NCBI GenBank assembly: GCA_013166775.1
Contig: JABLTJ010000010.1
Span: forward strand, 32,746-96,745
Length of the DNA: 64,000 bases
From: Promethearchaeati archaeon
Lineage (GTDB): Archaea > Asgardarchaeota > Heimdallarchaeia > Heimdallarchaeales > Heimdallarchaeaceae
Reading direction: 5' to 3'
The position numbers were made by a program, and so were the translations under genes. The number at the start of each line of letters is the position of its first letter. Positions within the stretch are counted from its first letter, which is position 1. Below the pieces are notes generated by a model, which worked only from the letters and a program-made list of their open reading frames with translations, was not told the origin of the DNA and did not search any database. This document shows, piece by piece, positions 38,976 to 48,412 of the stretch.

Positions 38976-40046
38976 TCATTCTTTCTTTTCTTGTTGTCTA
39001 ATCTTGAGGATTTTTCTTAAATCTCTTCTGAGTTTTCTAGCTGCTGCACTTTCTGGAGTATATCTGAGAGATGCTGCAACTTCTTTGTAAGCTTCTTGAT
39101 AATCTTCCTTAGCTTTCAGACTTATGGCTCTAAGTAGATGAGCTTTTGATATTAAATGAGGAACACTAACGGATTTTTCTTCGGTTTCAGCAAGAATTCT
39201 TTTAGTGTATTCAAGCACTTTATCATGCTTATTCTTTTGAACATAAAGTACTGCTAATTTTGACAGAATTGCAACATTTTCCTTATCTTCCTTAAGATAA
39301 TCTTCAAGTACCTTTATACTTGTATCTTTTAGATCTGATTCATTATAGTACTCAGCAGCTTTTACAACCATAACTGGATCATTCATAGTTCCAAAACGCT
39401 TGGTTCTATAATAGAAAAACAGAAAGATTCCCACTCCTCCAAGGAGAGAAAGAATCTCCAAGACTATGATTAAAACGTCTTTAACAATAAATATCTCAGC
39501 AAAGATGAAGTAATGTGAAGCAATTGCAACTACCGAAGTAATTCCCAACCATATCCAATACTTTGTTCCATATAGCAGTTCAAATTTATTTTTTTTGTAT
39601 ACTTCTTCGCTTTCACCTTCAATTACAGGAAAAATTTCTAGACTATCTGTAACAGTTATGTGTCCTGCAAATTCTAGTAATGAAAGAACAAATAATGCAA
39701 TAAAATTGAAAATCAACACTGTCCTAATCTCTTCTTCAGCTCTAATGTATCTACTCAAGAGTAGTATATCGAATAGAATTATGGAGATTAAGTTATAATT
39801 TCGTAAGGATCTAATATGAGCTAAATAGATCGATCTGGTTTGATGAACTTGTTTAGGTAGTGGTCTTCTTCTGAAACGGACAACAATCCATCCAACTAGG
39901 AATACGATAATGGACGGAAATGAAGCAAATCCTATTGGTGCACTTGTTCTTATGTCCGAAAAAGACAAGATGAAAATTAACAATCCAACTATAATCATGA
40001 CTAAATCTTCTTCCGACATAGCCATATCAATTTCATTTTTACTCAT
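38976..40046 (-). CDS. multi-TM protein with C-terminal TPR repeats
   Basis: About 6 hydrophobic helices, then TPR-like LSKLAVLY..., AHLLRAISL..., YQEAYKEVAASLRYTP. Confidence 0.72.
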   Translation of the reverse strand: MSKNEIDMAMSEEDLVMIIVGLLIFILSFSDIRTSAPIGFASFPSIIVFLVGWIVVRFRRRPLPKQVHQTRSIYLAHIRSLRNYNLISIILFDILLLSRYIRAEEEIRTVLIFNFIALFVLSLLEFAGHITVTDSLEIFPVIEGESEEVYKKNKFELLYGTKYWIWLGITSVVAIASHYFIFAEIFIVKDVLIIVLEILSLLGGVGIFLFFYYRTKRFGTMNDPVMVVKAAEYYNESDLKDTSIKVLEDYLKEDKENVAILSKLAVLYVQKNKHDKVLEYTKRILAETEEKSVSVPHLISKAHLLRAISLKAKEDYQEAYKEVAASLRYTPESAAARKLRRDLRKILKIRQQEKKE

Positions 40047-40116
40047 ATCAGTAACTTTCCTTATGATAAATATGGGTAGTAAAGATATTCATAAGTTTGA
40101 CGAATCAATAATAAAA

Positions 40117-42726
40117 CTATTCATTCTTGATTTCTGGTCTTTCTACAAGTTTGGTACAATCTTTTGCAAATCCTTGTAAATCTTCTTCTTCAAGTACATT
40201 GGCTAGTCTCTGAACAGCTTCAAGATGGTGAACAAGTGAATCTAACCAACTGTAGATATCTCCAGCATAAAGCTGAATGTTATATAATTTTCTAGTTTCT
40301 GATGCAATACGAGTAGGTGAATAACCTTGCTTTCGCAATTCTATGATAATCTTTGAGAAATTTATTTCTCCACACCCGCAGAATGGTTTGTCAGCACATT
40401 TGCAATCCAAGAAAGTTTGTGTCCACTTAGTGAATGTCTCAATTATTAAATCAGTAGGTTTTCTTCTTCCCCAACCATTTCCTGAATAAAGATCTAGAAT
40501 AGCACCTGAAAATATGTTAGTAGAAACTGTTGATTTTATTACTTTTTCTATTTCTTTATGGATTTTTGGAGTCAGGTGTGCTCCTCTAAAAGTCTGAATC
40601 TTTATTGCTAGTTCAAATGCAAAATCATCTGAGAAACCCTTGTTTTTCTGTCTTCTAATCTCTTGTACTAATCTCAAAGCATATGATGGAGCTAAGAATG
40701 ATAATGATACAGCTTTTCCTAATTTTGTTGGATAGATTATCTTGTTCTCTGTATAGATCATTTCCATTTTCTTTAGTGCATTCATATTATTTCGTAATGG
40801 ATTCGATCTTCCTAAGATATTCGCAAATATCATTTTATCATCAGAGATACTTACTTCTTTGAAAGCAACAACAGTTGCTAACACTTCTTCTTCTTCTTGT
40901 ATTGTCTCGAGAAAAGGGTCTACATCTTCAATAGGTTTAGTTAGGAGTTCAAAAGCTATCTGTTCCTCAGTCTCTTTTTGTCCTGCATAGATTTTCCTTC
41001 CTGGTTCAACAAGCAAAAACACTTTTCCTTTATCGTGAAAACCTAATCGTCCAGCTCTTCCTAACATTTGGTGAAATTCTGCAACTGATAACCATTCAAT
41101 TCCCATCGCTAAGTTCTCAAAGATTACTGTGGATGCTGGAAAATCCACTCCCGCACCAAGAGCTATAGTCGTCACAACAGTTGAGAATTTTCCTTTTTCA
41201 AAACCTCTTTCAACCATCTTTCGTCTCATAAAAGTTAATCCTGCGTGGTAATGGTTTGCTTTTACTCCTTTATTCCTCAGTTTTCTTGCAACGCTTTCAC
41301 AATTTCTTCTAGAATTAGTAAAGACAAGTGATTGACCCTGATAACCTGTACTCGATTTTATTTTTTCTTCATTCTTGCATAGCTTAAACAGGTACTCAAA
41401 TCTATCACCCTCATTATCTGTTATGATAGCGTGTCTTTCCAAAGGAATGGGACGATCTAGATATTCTATATAATCAGCAGATAAATCTTCAGCAAGTCCT
41501 TTTGTGTTACCGATAGTTGCTGACAGGTAGATGAATTGTGCTCTTGGGTAGAGAGCTTTCAATCTAGCAATTAATCCATTTAATCTGAATCCTCTCTCTT
41601 TTGCGACCAGCATTTGGATTTCATCTATTACAATTACTCCAACATTTCCGATTGCGTCACTTCTATTATCTCTTAATAAGAAATCAAATGCTTCATATGT
41701 CGCAACAATTATATCAGATTTCGTAAAATCATCGTCAATAATTGGAGAAAACTCACCATCAACTTTGATTCGACTCATTCCTACACGAATAGCGGTTTTG
41801 AGTCCGATTTTTTGATATCTTCTTTTGAACTGTTCATACTTTTGATTTGTAAGGGCTACCAAAGGAGATAAGTAAATAAATTTCTTCTTCTGCAAAGCTT
41901 TTGGGATACCTGCTAATTCTGCAACCAAGGTCTTTCCAGATGTGGTTCCAGCAACTATGAGCAAATCTTTATTGTCAAGTAATCCTCCCTCAATTGATTT
42001 TTCTTGAATAGGTAATAGATTTTTGATACCCTCTGAGATTAGAATTTCTTTTAACCTCGATGGAAGATTTTTGACATCTTTAACCTTGGTAACTTTATCT
42101 GGTTTCTTAGCAGGTATTATATCGAAGATTGTCGAATCAGGATTCCTTATCGGATCTTGTTCTGTACCCAAAGAAATATTTTCTAAAACAAAATCAAGTT
42201 CTCCCTCTCTTTCAGCTTGTTGCTGAAAGAACTTTGTAAGACCTCCTGAAACAACAAGATTACTTCTTTGAAGTTCTTGAACAAGCTCTGATTTGCTACA
42301 GTAATCACAAATTCTATGACTTTTAAATTTGATTGAATCTTCTTCAAGTGTAGTCCATTTGGATCTCCTAGATAAACAGTACCAACAAGTTTGTACAATT
42401 CTCGGTTTTGAAATTTTGAACGTTTTACAGTATTCTAAAAATGATTTATTATCCCAAGGAAGATCAGTATCTGGAATCAATAAATATTCTGCTTCTCTAA
42501 GCTGTTCAGTAGCAGTTCGTGGTCGAACATAAATATTTGAGCTCTTACCAATTTTAAGATACTTGTAAACTCTAAGATAGTCTTTCTCGTAGACAAACTG
42601 CAAACTTGTGTTCATAATTGAAATTCTATCCTTCTTGCCTTTAAGAAGAAAATAAGCTATATTAGTAGATAGCTTTTCTTTGTTCCATTTGTAGAGAATT
42701 GCAACATAAGGCTTAGGAAGTTTCAT
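40117..42726 (-). CDS. archaeal SF2 Ski2-like DEAD/DEAH helicase (COG1202/DUF5814 type)
   Basis: TTSGKT, PLVAL, DEIQ, SAT, YHAGL, QMLGRAGR; C-terminal CKC..PFCGC. Confidence 0.92.
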   Translation of the reverse strand: MKLPKPYVAILYKWNKEKLSTNIAYFLLKGKKDRISIMNTSLQFVYEKDYLRVYKYLKIGKSSNIYVRPRTATEQLREAEYLLIPDTDLPWDNKSFLEYCKTFKISKPRIVQTCWYCLSRRSKWTTLEEDSIKFKSHRICDYCSKSELVQELQRSNLVVSGGLTKFFQQQAEREGELDFVLENISLGTEQDPIRNPDSTIFDIIPAKKPDKVTKVKDVKNLPSRLKEILISEGIKNLLPIQEKSIEGGLLDNKDLLIVAGTTSGKTLVAELAGIPKALQKKKFIYLSPLVALTNQKYEQFKRRYQKIGLKTAIRVGMSRIKVDGEFSPIIDDDFTKSDIIVATYEAFDFLLRDNRSDAIGNVGVIVIDEIQMLVAKERGFRLNGLIARLKALYPRAQFIYLSATIGNTKGLAEDLSADYIEYLDRPIPLERHAIITDNEGDRFEYLFKLCKNEEKIKSSTGYQGQSLVFTNSRRNCESVARKLRNKGVKANHYHAGLTFMRRKMVERGFEKGKFSTVVTTIALGAGVDFPASTVIFENLAMGIEWLSVAEFHQMLGRAGRLGFHDKGKVFLLVEPGRKIYAGQKETEEQIAFELLTKPIEDVDPFLETIQEEEEVLATVVAFKEVSISDDKMIFANILGRSNPLRNNMNALKKMEMIYTENKIIYPTKLGKAVSLSFLAPSYALRLVQEIRRQKNKGFSDDFAFELAIKIQTFRGAHLTPKIHKEIEKVIKSTVSTNIFSGAILDLYSGNGWGRRKPTDLIIETFTKWTQTFLDCKCADKPFCGCGEINFSKIIIELRKQGYSPTRIASETRKLYNIQLYAGDIYSWLDSLVHHLEAVQRLANVLEEEDLQGFAKDCTKLVERPEIKNE

Positions 42727-42753
42727 AAAAAATCACGAGATTATTCTATCTAA

Positions 42754-43350
42754 TTATTGCTTTTTTTCCTCTTTATCTAAAGAAGTAGCTGTTATATTTT
42801 GGCCACAAGCTGTACAGAATTTTGCTTTAATGGAATTGGATTTATTACATTTCGGACACTCTTTTTGCAAAGGATTTCCACAATGCTTGCAGAATTTTCT
42901 CAGAGGAGCTTCTTTCTCACAATTTGGACAGATTAATGTTTTTTCTTTTTGTTTAGCTTTTGTTTTTACTTTTGGTTGTTCTTTTGCCTCTTTTGAAATT
43001 TCTGCTAATGCTTTAGGTGAAGGGGTTCCCAACCATGATGGGACCTGGGGTTGATAACCAGATTGTGTAGAAGGAGTTTTCGAGACCGGAGCTGCTATTT
43101 GAGGTTTTGAAGAAGAAGGAGTTGTTAGAGTTGAAACTGATGACGAAATAGTGATTTCTTCTTTTGCTTCAGGGTCAACTTTATAGATATAATCTAGAAC
43201 TTTAGTTTTTTCAGGAACAGCAACTTTGTTTTTTTGTTGTTTCATCAGTGCCAATGCTAGATAGTCTTTAGCATTATTTTGATCTGTTCCACAGTGGTGA
43301 CAAATCTTTTCCTCCTCTGAAATAGGTTCCCAACAAGCTAAACATTTCAT
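42754..43350 (-). CDS. zinc-ribbon / double-zinc-ribbon protein with P/S/T-rich linker
   Basis: CLAC..CHHC; CPNC..CKHC..CPKC..CTAC. Confidence 0.8.
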   Translation of the reverse strand: MKCLACWEPISEEEKICHHCGTDQNNAKDYLALALMKQQKNKVAVPEKTKVLDYIYKVDPEAKEEITISSSVSTLTTPSSSKPQIAAPVSKTPSTQSGYQPQVPSWLGTPSPKALAEISKEAKEQPKVKTKAKQKEKTLICPNCEKEAPLRKFCKHCGNPLQKECPKCNKSNSIKAKFCTACGQNITATSLDKEEKKQ

Positions 43351-43531
43351 GAAATCACTGTTTTAATCATTTTTTTCTTATCTTGGTCTCTTATAAAACT
43401 AGCTTTCTGACTTAGAAAAACTCCACTCATAAACAAAATGTTCAGTTCTTCTTTTTATAAGTAAATTTACCTATTTTCTCTTCAATAAGAGTTTCACCAT
43501 CGAAAAGATTTTAACTTTAAGAAAAAAATGA

Positions 43532-43933
43532 ATGTTGAATATTATGGCAAAGCAAAAACCAATCAAATGTAAACATTGTGGTGAGACTTGGCTACCTAAC
43601 GATGTTCCCACCAAGAAAGAATGGAACATTGTATCGCCAATGCCGGATAAAGCTGGTAATGTTACAATAACTAGAATGGCAACTTGGGACTGCCCAAAAT
43701 GTGGAAAGAATAAGACTGGCGCTAAAGGTAAAACTAAGGGTGAATTTAAAGAAGAAGATACACCCAAATATAAGATTGAACATGCTCTTGATTCTGGAGA
43801 GAAAATTAATCTTGAAAAATTAGCTGAGGAAATAGGTTTTGATATTAACAGTATCAAAAAGATTATACCTATGTATCTGAAAAAGAAGAACATCAAGGGA
43901 GAAATAAAAGATGATTATTTTATCCCTAAGTAA
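43532..43933 (+). CDS. Zn-binding Cren7-like domain + winged-helix protein
   Basis: CKHC..KEWNIVSPMPDKAGNVTITRMATWDCPKCG, then INLEKLAEEIG...IKGEI; likely start at ATG 43544. Confidence 0.55.
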   Translation: MLNIMAKQKPIKCKHCGETWLPNDVPTKKEWNIVSPMPDKAGNVTITRMATWDCPKCGKNKTGAKGKTKGEFKEEDTPKYKIEHALDSGEKINLEKLAEEIGFDINSIKKIIPMYLKKKNIKGEIKDDYFIPK

Positions 43934-44004
43934 ATAAAGACGAAATGGCAAAGTTTTTTAAATTATTATGAAACACACGGTCAGAAAGTTCAAGAGGACA
44001 AAAA

Positions 44005-44229
44005 ATGGCATATACACCTTATAGCGGCATATTCACTGGTGGTTTTCTTACATTCATGGTTGTATTCTTTGGAATAGTTATACTTGCTACTCTGATTTGG
44101 TTCTTTCTCTATGTGGAGATGTCAGAGAGAAAAGATTGGAAAACAGGTGTTCTGATTTCTGTACTTAATGTTCTTTTGATTGCTTTTGAGATACAATTAA
44201 TACTCCTCAAGATAAATGTAATCTTCTAG
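44005..44229 (+). CDS. OST5/TMEM258-like oligosaccharyltransferase small subunit
   Basis: 74 aa, two TM; YTPY..., WFFLY.E.S..KD....LIS pattern of TMEM258. Confidence 0.68.
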   Translation: MAYTPYSGIFTGGFLTFMVVFFGIVILATLIWFFLYVEMSERKDWKTGVLISVLNVLLIAFEIQLILLKINVIF

Positions 44230-44357
44230 AATCATTTTCTGTAATTATTTCTCTTTTCTTCCACCAAATCTATGAAAAAGTTAAATAATCTGTTTAACGT
44301 AGAACACAACAAGATTAGCGTAAATTAATCTTCAAGATATCCTTATTTGTGATTTGA

Positions 44358-45212
44358 ATGGGAAGAACGATCTTTGTCAACTATTTAACAAGAAAAGATA
44401 TACTCTCCACATTAACTTCTACAGATAAGAAAATTACGAAATTATCGGATGAAGAAATCATCAACCGACTGATCAATGAAATCCATCAGAAAAAAATCAC
44501 TGTTTCCAAGATAAGGAAAGTATGGTCTAAATCTATGAATAAGTTATTTTTCAATGAATATCAGCGACTATTTTCTTTTACTCCAACAAAAAAATTCGAT
44601 ACTTCTACCAAATTGAAAAATGAGTTTCTTAAAAAAGGTAAGAAAATTGCTCAAGATTTTGAAGTTCAATTCTCAAATATCTATATGACTAAACTTTCTT
44701 CCAAACCATTGCATTATCTTTGTGCGATGTCTTTTGAACAATCAAGTGAATTTAAGAAATTCCTTTTCATTCCTCTTGAGAAACAAATGATACTTTCAAT
44801 CTTTCCTGAAATGGGAGTTGCCACATTTTGGCCAATGGAAAAAGATACAAAACTAAAATTCATTACAAAAGTATTATCTGCTATTGCAGAGAACGTTGAA
44901 GAGGTAAAAGTCAATGCTCTTCTTCTTCGAAAATATGCAACAAAAGAAACAATTAACAAACTAGGCATATCTACACCACAAGAAATTGCAGGTTTTGCTG
45001 GTCTGGATGTTATAGAGTTTAGAGGACCCAATGTTATGTTAGGTTTATCTGGGTTGAAACGAAGACATGATGCAAATGTTGATGTAATAACAAGGGTTGG
45101 TCCCTTTACTGAAATTGAATCAGAAACTTTGAGTTTAATCTGCAGTAAAGGAGCGCAGATAAGAAAATATGAAGGATTAGTATCTATTTTTAATGTTCTA
45201 AAGACAGGGTAA
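44358..45212 (+). CDS. conserved hypothetical basic protein (tentatively TBP-like / CENP-N-like fold)
   Basis: 284-aa ORF, clearly coding; the fold call is speculative. Confidence 0.55.
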   Translation: MGRTIFVNYLTRKDILSTLTSTDKKITKLSDEEIINRLINEIHQKKITVSKIRKVWSKSMNKLFFNEYQRLFSFTPTKKFDTSTKLKNEFLKKGKKIAQDFEVQFSNIYMTKLSSKPLHYLCAMSFEQSSEFKKFLFIPLEKQMILSIFPEMGVATFWPMEKDTKLKFITKVLSAIAENVEEVKVNALLLRKYATKETINKLGISTPQEIAGFAGLDVIEFRGPNVMLGLSGLKRRHDANVDVITRVGPFTEIESETLSLICSKGAQIRKYEGLVSIFNVLKTG

Positions 45213-45437
45213 TAATAAATACAGCAAGAGTCAATTAAAATTTAAATCAATTTTTACACATGTCAAATTTCCGATTATCTAAGATTAGTATTGTTAAAAT
45301 TAAAGAAAGTAAATACCCATCTTTTTTACTATTGTCGATTACAAGTGTCTCTCGAAGGTTTTTCATATTTCAAAGAGATACCTAAAAAATTATATTTGAT
45401 GAAAAAAACGAATCACAACAAAGATAAGGTAGAGTTA

Positions 45438-45998
45438 ATGATAGAAATCATTCAAATTAGTAGAGGTGGCTCTGGAGGAGTCACAGGTGCCAAAATATTA
45501 GCAGATGCTGCAATGTATGAAGACAAATTTGGGTACTCTCAAGCAATTCCGAAGTATGGATCAGAAAGAAGAGGAGCTGCAGTTGAAGCATACGTCCGAT
45601 TTGATAATAAACCAATCAGATTACACAGTCCAGTGTATAATGCTGATCATGCTCTTGTTTTAGATGAATCTCTCATCGATAGAATTGATTTTAATACAGT
45701 GAGTAGAGACGGTGTTGTGATTATCAATAGTACACAAATTCCAGAACAATTCAAAGGTTCAGGAAGAAAGATTGCACTTGTTGATGCAACCAGAATCTCA
45801 CAAGACTTAGGTTTAGTACTCAGTGGATTTACATTAGTGAATATGACAATGTTAGGAGCTTTTGCAAAAGGAACTGAAATAGTAAGTTTAGGAAATCTAG
45901 TAAAAGCAATAGAAGAATTCTGGGGAGAGAAAAGAGCTCCAAAGAACGTTGAAGCAGCGAAAAGAGCTTATGAAGAAACAAAGATGGTAATAGCATGA
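45438..45998 (+). CDS. porC: 2-oxoacid:ferredoxin oxidoreductase gamma subunit
   Basis: RGGSGGVT, YGSERRGA, VDAT, NMTMLGA; ATG 45438 preferred to the ORF-track start at 45291. Confidence 0.92.
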   Translation: MIEIIQISRGGSGGVTGAKILADAAMYEDKFGYSQAIPKYGSERRGAAVEAYVRFDNKPIRLHSPVYNADHALVLDESLIDRIDFNTVSRDGVVIINSTQIPEQFKGSGRKIALVDATRISQDLGLVLSGFTLVNMTMLGAFAKGTEIVSLGNLVKAIEEFWGEKRAPKNVEAAKRAYEETKMVIA

Positions 45999-46267
45999 CA
46001 GAAGGACCAAGTTCGCCAATATTACTCCCAATGGAAGGGGCTGCAGGAAGAACAGGTGATTGGAGAACACAAAAACCTGTAGTGGATCCTGATCTATGTA
46101 TAAAATGCAATATCTGCTGGAAGTTCTGCCCAGATAATGCAATCTATAGAGCAGACAGAGAAAAAGATCAAGCGATTAGATATGATTATGAATACTGCAA
46201 AGGATGCGGTATTTGTGCTATTGAATGCCCAAAGGAGGCAATAACCATGGTTTCGGAAGGTGACTAA
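45995..46267 (+). CDS. porD: 2-oxoacid:ferredoxin oxidoreductase delta subunit (2x[4Fe-4S])
   Basis: TGDWR..KP, CIKCNICWKFCP, YCKGCGICAIECP. Confidence 0.95.
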   Translation: MTEGPSSPILLPMEGAAGRTGDWRTQKPVVDPDLCIKCNICWKFCPDNAIYRADREKDQAIRYDYEYCKGCGICAIECPKEAITMVSEGD

Positions 46268-47411
46268 AGTGGTAGTACAATTTGAAAAAAAATCAATGAC
46301 AGGTAATGATGCAGCAGCATATGCAGCACTTTATGCAAAACCCAAGGTGATTGCAGCTTATCCTATTACTCCTCAAACAACAATTATCGAGAAACTAAGT
46401 CAATATGTTGATGAAGGAAAACTTGATGCAGAATTTATAATAGTTGAAAGTGAGCATTCAGCTCTAGCTGCTTGTATGGGTGCAGCTTGGAGTGGTGTTC
46501 GAACCTTTACAGCAACCTCATCACAAGGTTTACTATATATGGCTGAGAATGTTTTTTGGAGTGGTTACGGAAGATTGCCTATTGTAATGCCAGTTGTAAA
46601 TCGCTGTTTAGCTCCAGGATGGTCAATTTATCAAGATTTACAAGATTCAATGGCTTTCAGAGATGCTGGATGGATCCAAGTCTATACAAAAAACAATCAA
46701 GAGGTTTTTGATTCCATTCTTCAGGGATTTAGAATAGCTGAAGATAAAAGGATTGCAATGCCATATATGCCTTGTTTGGACGGTTTTGTAATCAGTCATA
46801 CAACAGCACAAGTTAATCTTCCAAATGCTGAGGATTCTTTCAACTTTGTTGGTGAATACAAAGATCCTGTAATTGAGGTTGATACTGAAAATCCATGGAT
46901 ATTCGGTGGATTAGTAGGTCCTGAAAAATTCAACAAAGACAGAAAAGATCTGATGGAAGCTATGGAACGAGCAAAGAAGAAGATAGTTGATATGAATAGG
47001 GAATTTGGTGAATATTTCGGTAGAACATATGGAAATGGTTTAGTTGAAGTATATGGAGACGATGTAGCTGACTTAACAATCGTTTCAATGGGCACTATAG
47101 CAGATGAGACTCAGGATGCAGTAGATCTGCTAAAAGAAGAAGGATTAAGTGTCAATGAATTAAGAATCAGAACCTTCAGACCATTCCCTGAAAAAGATAT
47201 AGTTGAATTTGCTAAGCAAAATAATAAATTCCTCGTTATTGATCGTTCAGTGAGTTTTGGTCATGATGGGCAACTTCGAATAGAAATCGAAGCTGTACTA
47301 AAAAGAAATAATGTTGATACTTCAGTCGAAGGAAGAATCATGGGTCTTGGCGGAGAAGATGTTCCTTACACAAAGATCGCTGCTACTGCAAAGAAAGTGT
47401 TAAAGGAGTGA
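46260..47411 (+). CDS. porA: 2-oxoacid:ferredoxin oxidoreductase alpha subunit
   Basis: AYPITPQT, ESEHSA, TATSSQGL, DGFVISH, FRPFP. Confidence 0.95.
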   Translation: MTKVVVQFEKKSMTGNDAAAYAALYAKPKVIAAYPITPQTTIIEKLSQYVDEGKLDAEFIIVESEHSALAACMGAAWSGVRTFTATSSQGLLYMAENVFWSGYGRLPIVMPVVNRCLAPGWSIYQDLQDSMAFRDAGWIQVYTKNNQEVFDSILQGFRIAEDKRIAMPYMPCLDGFVISHTTAQVNLPNAEDSFNFVGEYKDPVIEVDTENPWIFGGLVGPEKFNKDRKDLMEAMERAKKKIVDMNREFGEYFGRTYGNGLVEVYGDDVADLTIVSMGTIADETQDAVDLLKEEGLSVNELRIRTFRPFPEKDIVEFAKQNNKFLVIDRSVSFGHDGQLRIEIEAVLKRNNVDTSVEGRIMGLGGEDVPYTKIAATAKKVLKE

Positions 47412-47417
47412 TATGAT

Positions 47418-48320
47418 ATGAAAGTAACTCAAAAGGATTTATTGAATATACCCAGAAAAGCAATACTGAAAGGTCATTTTGCTTGTGCTGGATGTGGTTC
47501 AGCACTAGCATTTAGACATGCAATTGGATCTATTGCAGATAATGTGATTTTAGTAGTACCTGCAAGCTGTGCTAGTGTATATCAAGGAGGAGGAAAAGGA
47601 GCTTCATTTAATGTACCAACAATTAATACTGCTTTTGCGGCAAGTGATGCTGTTGCTTCAGGCATTCAACGCGCGATGAAAATGAAAGGAAAAGAGGACA
47701 TTAAAGTAGTTATATGGGGTGGTGATGGTTCAGGTGCTGATATCGGTATAGCAACAGAGATTGGTGCTTGTGATCGTCAAGAAAATATCTTACATGTCAT
47801 GTATTCAAATAATGTTTATGGAAATACAGGCGGACAAAGAAGTGGAGATACAATGATTGGTGCTAAAACAGCTACCACTCCACAAGGAAACACTACTCCT
47901 CGTAAGATGGTTCCTTTCATTATGATGGCTAATAATGCTAGATATGTAGCTACAGCTACTGTTGCGTATATGGAGGATTTGGTAACAAAATTCCAAAAAG
48001 CCATTTCATTAGAAGGATTCAAGTTTATGCAAATAGATTCACCCTGCCCTCCAAACTGGAGATCTGATTCCGCTGATTCTATTAAAATAGCTCGATTGGC
48101 AGTTCAAACTGGAATCTGGCCTCTTTTCGAATGGAATCGAGATACAGGGAAAGCAGTTATTAGTCGACCAAATCAGAAGTATGTCGATAAGGAAAACAGA
48201 TTACCACTAACAGATTGGTCGAGTTTGCAAGGTAGAACAAAATCAATGACTAAAGAACAGCTACAAAATCTTGAATCAGACACTGAAAGACAATGGAGTT
48301 TTCTCAAGAAATTCTTGTAA
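47418..48320 (+). CDS. porB: 2-oxoacid:ferredoxin oxidoreductase beta subunit
   Basis: GHFACAGCG, GGDG, NTGGQRS, SPCP..W. Confidence 0.93.
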   Translation: MKVTQKDLLNIPRKAILKGHFACAGCGSALAFRHAIGSIADNVILVVPASCASVYQGGGKGASFNVPTINTAFAASDAVASGIQRAMKMKGKEDIKVVIWGGDGSGADIGIATEIGACDRQENILHVMYSNNVYGNTGGQRSGDTMIGAKTATTPQGNTTPRKMVPFIMMANNARYVATATVAYMEDLVTKFQKAISLEGFKFMQIDSPCPPNWRSDSADSIKIARLAVQTGIWPLFEWNRDTGKAVISRPNQKYVDKENRLPLTDWSSLQGRTKSMTKEQLQNLESDTERQWSFLKKFL

Positions 48321-48328
48321 GTCAAACT

Positions 48329-48348
48329 CCTTTTTTCTTACTTTATTT
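48329..48348 (+). terminator. U-rich terminator after the por operon
   Basis: ccttttttcttactttattt shortly after the porB stop. Confidence 0.4.
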
Positions 48349-48412
48349 GCCTATACCGATTACCCCCATCGATGTTTTTTAATAATCAATTTCCTTTATT
48401 TTCACGACAGAC

